Shown here one piece after another: positions 62,546-64,000 of a stretch of DNA of 64,000 bases; within the stretch, counting starts at the first letter, position 1, and every line of letters begins with the position of its first letter. This DNA is from Bacteroidia bacterium (GTDB lineage: Bacteria > Bacteroidota > Bacteroidia > UBA4408). Under the pieces are notes generated by a model, which worked only from the letters and a program-made list of their open reading frames with translations, was not told the origin of the DNA and did no database searches. The position numbers and the translations under genes were made by a program. Location of the stretch: positions 2,566 through 66,565 of the forward strand of contig JALRAS010000002.1 in NCBI GenBank assembly GCA_023262495.1, read 5' to 3'.

Positions 62546-63964
62546 TTGCATCCCTTAAAATCAAGGAACGATATGATAGAACACACACCCATTAAGCATT
62601 TGCTAAAAGGTATGGTACCAACTCCAGCCAACATTATTGTTAAAGGTTGGGTGCGCACCATTAGAACAAGCAAAAACGTTAACTTCATTGCACTCAACGA
62701 TGGCAGCACAATTTTAAATATTCAATTAGTGATTGACAGCAATGCTCCTGCATTTGATACTTGTCAAAACATTAGCACAGGTGCTTGCATTAGGGCCGAA
62801 GGTACCTTGGTGGCTTCGCAAGGCAAAGGACAATCGGTAGAAATTCAATGTGCCAACATAGAAATTTATGGCAGTGCCGATCCTGAAAAATATCCGCTGC
62901 AAAAGAAAGGGCATACCTTGGAGTTTTTGAGAGAAATAGCACATTTGCGCCCGCGTACTAATACATTTGGCGCTGTGCTTAGAATGCGTCATCAAATGGC
63001 TTTTGCCATTCATCAGTTTTTTAATAACAAAGGGTTCTTTTACATGCACTCGCCTATTGTTACAGGCAGTGATGCTGAAGGCGCAGGAGAGATGTTTAAG
63101 GTAACTACCTTGCCTTTAGAAAATCCTCCACGGTTGCCCGATGGGTCGATTAACTATATGGAGGACTTTTTTGGTAAAGCCACCAACCTGACTGTTAGCG
63201 GACAGCTGGAGGCAGAATTGGGCGCACTCGCATTGGGTAACGTTTACACTTTTGGACCAACTTTTAGAGCCGAAAATAGTAACACACCAAGGCATTTGGC
63301 CGAATTTTGGATGATAGAACCCGAAATGGCTTTTTACGACATTCATGATAACATGGATTTGGCTGAGGAAATGCTTAAATACTTGATCAATTATGCGCTC
63401 GAAAACAGCAAGGACGATTTAGAGTTTTTGAATCAGATGTATGACAAGGAGCTGATAGCACGATTGCAAAGTGTGGTTGAGAAACCATTTGTGAGATTAA
63501 CCTACACACAAGCTGTTGATATATTAATGGGCTTTAACGATAAATTTGAATTTAAAGTAGAGTGGGGGACCGACTTGCAAAAAGAGCATGAAAACTTCCT
63601 TGTTTCACATCATGGCGGACCGGTTATTTTAACCGATTATCCTAAGCACATAAAAGCTTTTTACATGAAGCAAAATGATGATGGAAAAACCGTAAGAGCA
63701 ATGGATATTTTATTTCCGTGGATAGGTGAAATTATTGGTGGTTCGCAAAGAGAGGAGAACTATGATAAACTGCTTGCTCGTGTCACAGAAATGGGGATTG
63801 ATGAAGATGAAATTTGGTGGTATTTAGATACGCGCAGGTTTGGCACGTGCCCGCATGCAGGTTTTGGCCTGGGATTTGAGAGACTCATGTTGTTTGTAAC
63901 CGGAATGACCAATATTCGTGACGTTATTCCTTTTCCAAGAACACCAAAAAATGCAGAGTTTTAA
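62546..63964 (+). CDS. asnS: asparagine--tRNA ligase
   Basis: N-terminal OB fold ([23 protein letters not shown]). Class II motifs [21 protein letters not shown] and GGSQRE. The start may be the Met at about 62573. Confidence 0.92.
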   Translation: MHPLKSRNDMIEHTPIKHLLKGMVPTPANIIVKGWVRTIRTSKNVNFIALNDGSTILNIQLVIDSNAPAFDTCQNISTGACIRAEGTLVASQGKGQSVEIQCANIEIYGSADPEKYPLQKKGHTLEFLREIAHLRPRTNTFGAVLRMRHQMAFAIHQFFNNKGFFYMHSPIVTGSDAEGAGEMFKVTTLPLENPPRLPDGSINYMEDFFGKATNLTVSGQLEAELGALALGNVYTFGPTFRAENSNTPRHLAEFWMIEPEMAFYDIHDNMDLAEEMLKYLINYALENSKDDLEFLNQMYDKELIARLQSVVEKPFVRLTYTQAVDILMGFNDKFEFKVEWGTDLQKEHENFLVSHHGGPVILTDYPKHIKAFYMKQNDDGKTVRAMDILFPWIGEIIGGSQREENYDKLLARVTEMGIDEDEIWWYLDTRRFGTCPHAGFGLGFERLMLFVTGMTNIRDVIPFPRTPKNAEF

Positions 63965-64000
63965 AGATTAAATTTGGTTTATGCTCAAACAGTCGCTTCA

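Overview
This 64 kb window looks like a chromosomal segment from a Bacteroidota genome. The evidence is several Por/T9SS C-terminal sorting domains, one gliding-motility CHU_C-type domain, and the acpP-fabF-rnc gene order. Most genes are housekeeping and densely packed: photolyase, RNase Z, hutI, rnc-fabF-acpP, gpx, dusB, purQ, gltX, glnS, dnaJ-grpE, nadA, rpiB, mnmG, asnS, plus tRNA-Ser(GGA) and an initiator-type tRNA-Met(CAU).

Five regions are not housekeeping:
1. A tightly coupled five-gene operon at about 14.1-20.1 kb. It encodes two paralogous cobalamin-binding radical-SAM enzymes, a class I SAM methyltransferase, a polytopic membrane protein and a nucleotidyltransferase-fold-like protein. 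Two palindromes sit upstream. I cannot assign a pathway, and this is my best candidate for an undescribed system.
2. A tRNA-Met integration hotspot at about 35.67-37.70 kb. It holds the tRNA, a terminator, a small GIY-YIG nuclease ORF, a degenerate copy of the tRNA 3' half with two hairpin insertions, and a class II Fic gene. The Fic gene is flanked by two similar terminator-like repeats and preceded by an array of 'TTAATCTCCGC' motifs.
3. A c-type cytochrome (CxxCH) fused to a PHM/DBH-like copper monooxygenase domain, downstream of a translationally coupled rpiB / LutB-like Fe-S pair.
4. A frameshifted DUF1569 (DinB-like) pseudogene.
5. A block of three large T9SS cargo proteins, a Kazal-domain T9SS protein and a cyclophilin-T9SS fusion.

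I saw no CRISPR array, rRNA or obvious transposase. All coordinates and functional calls come from reading the sequence and translations by eye against family signatures I remember. No database search was run.
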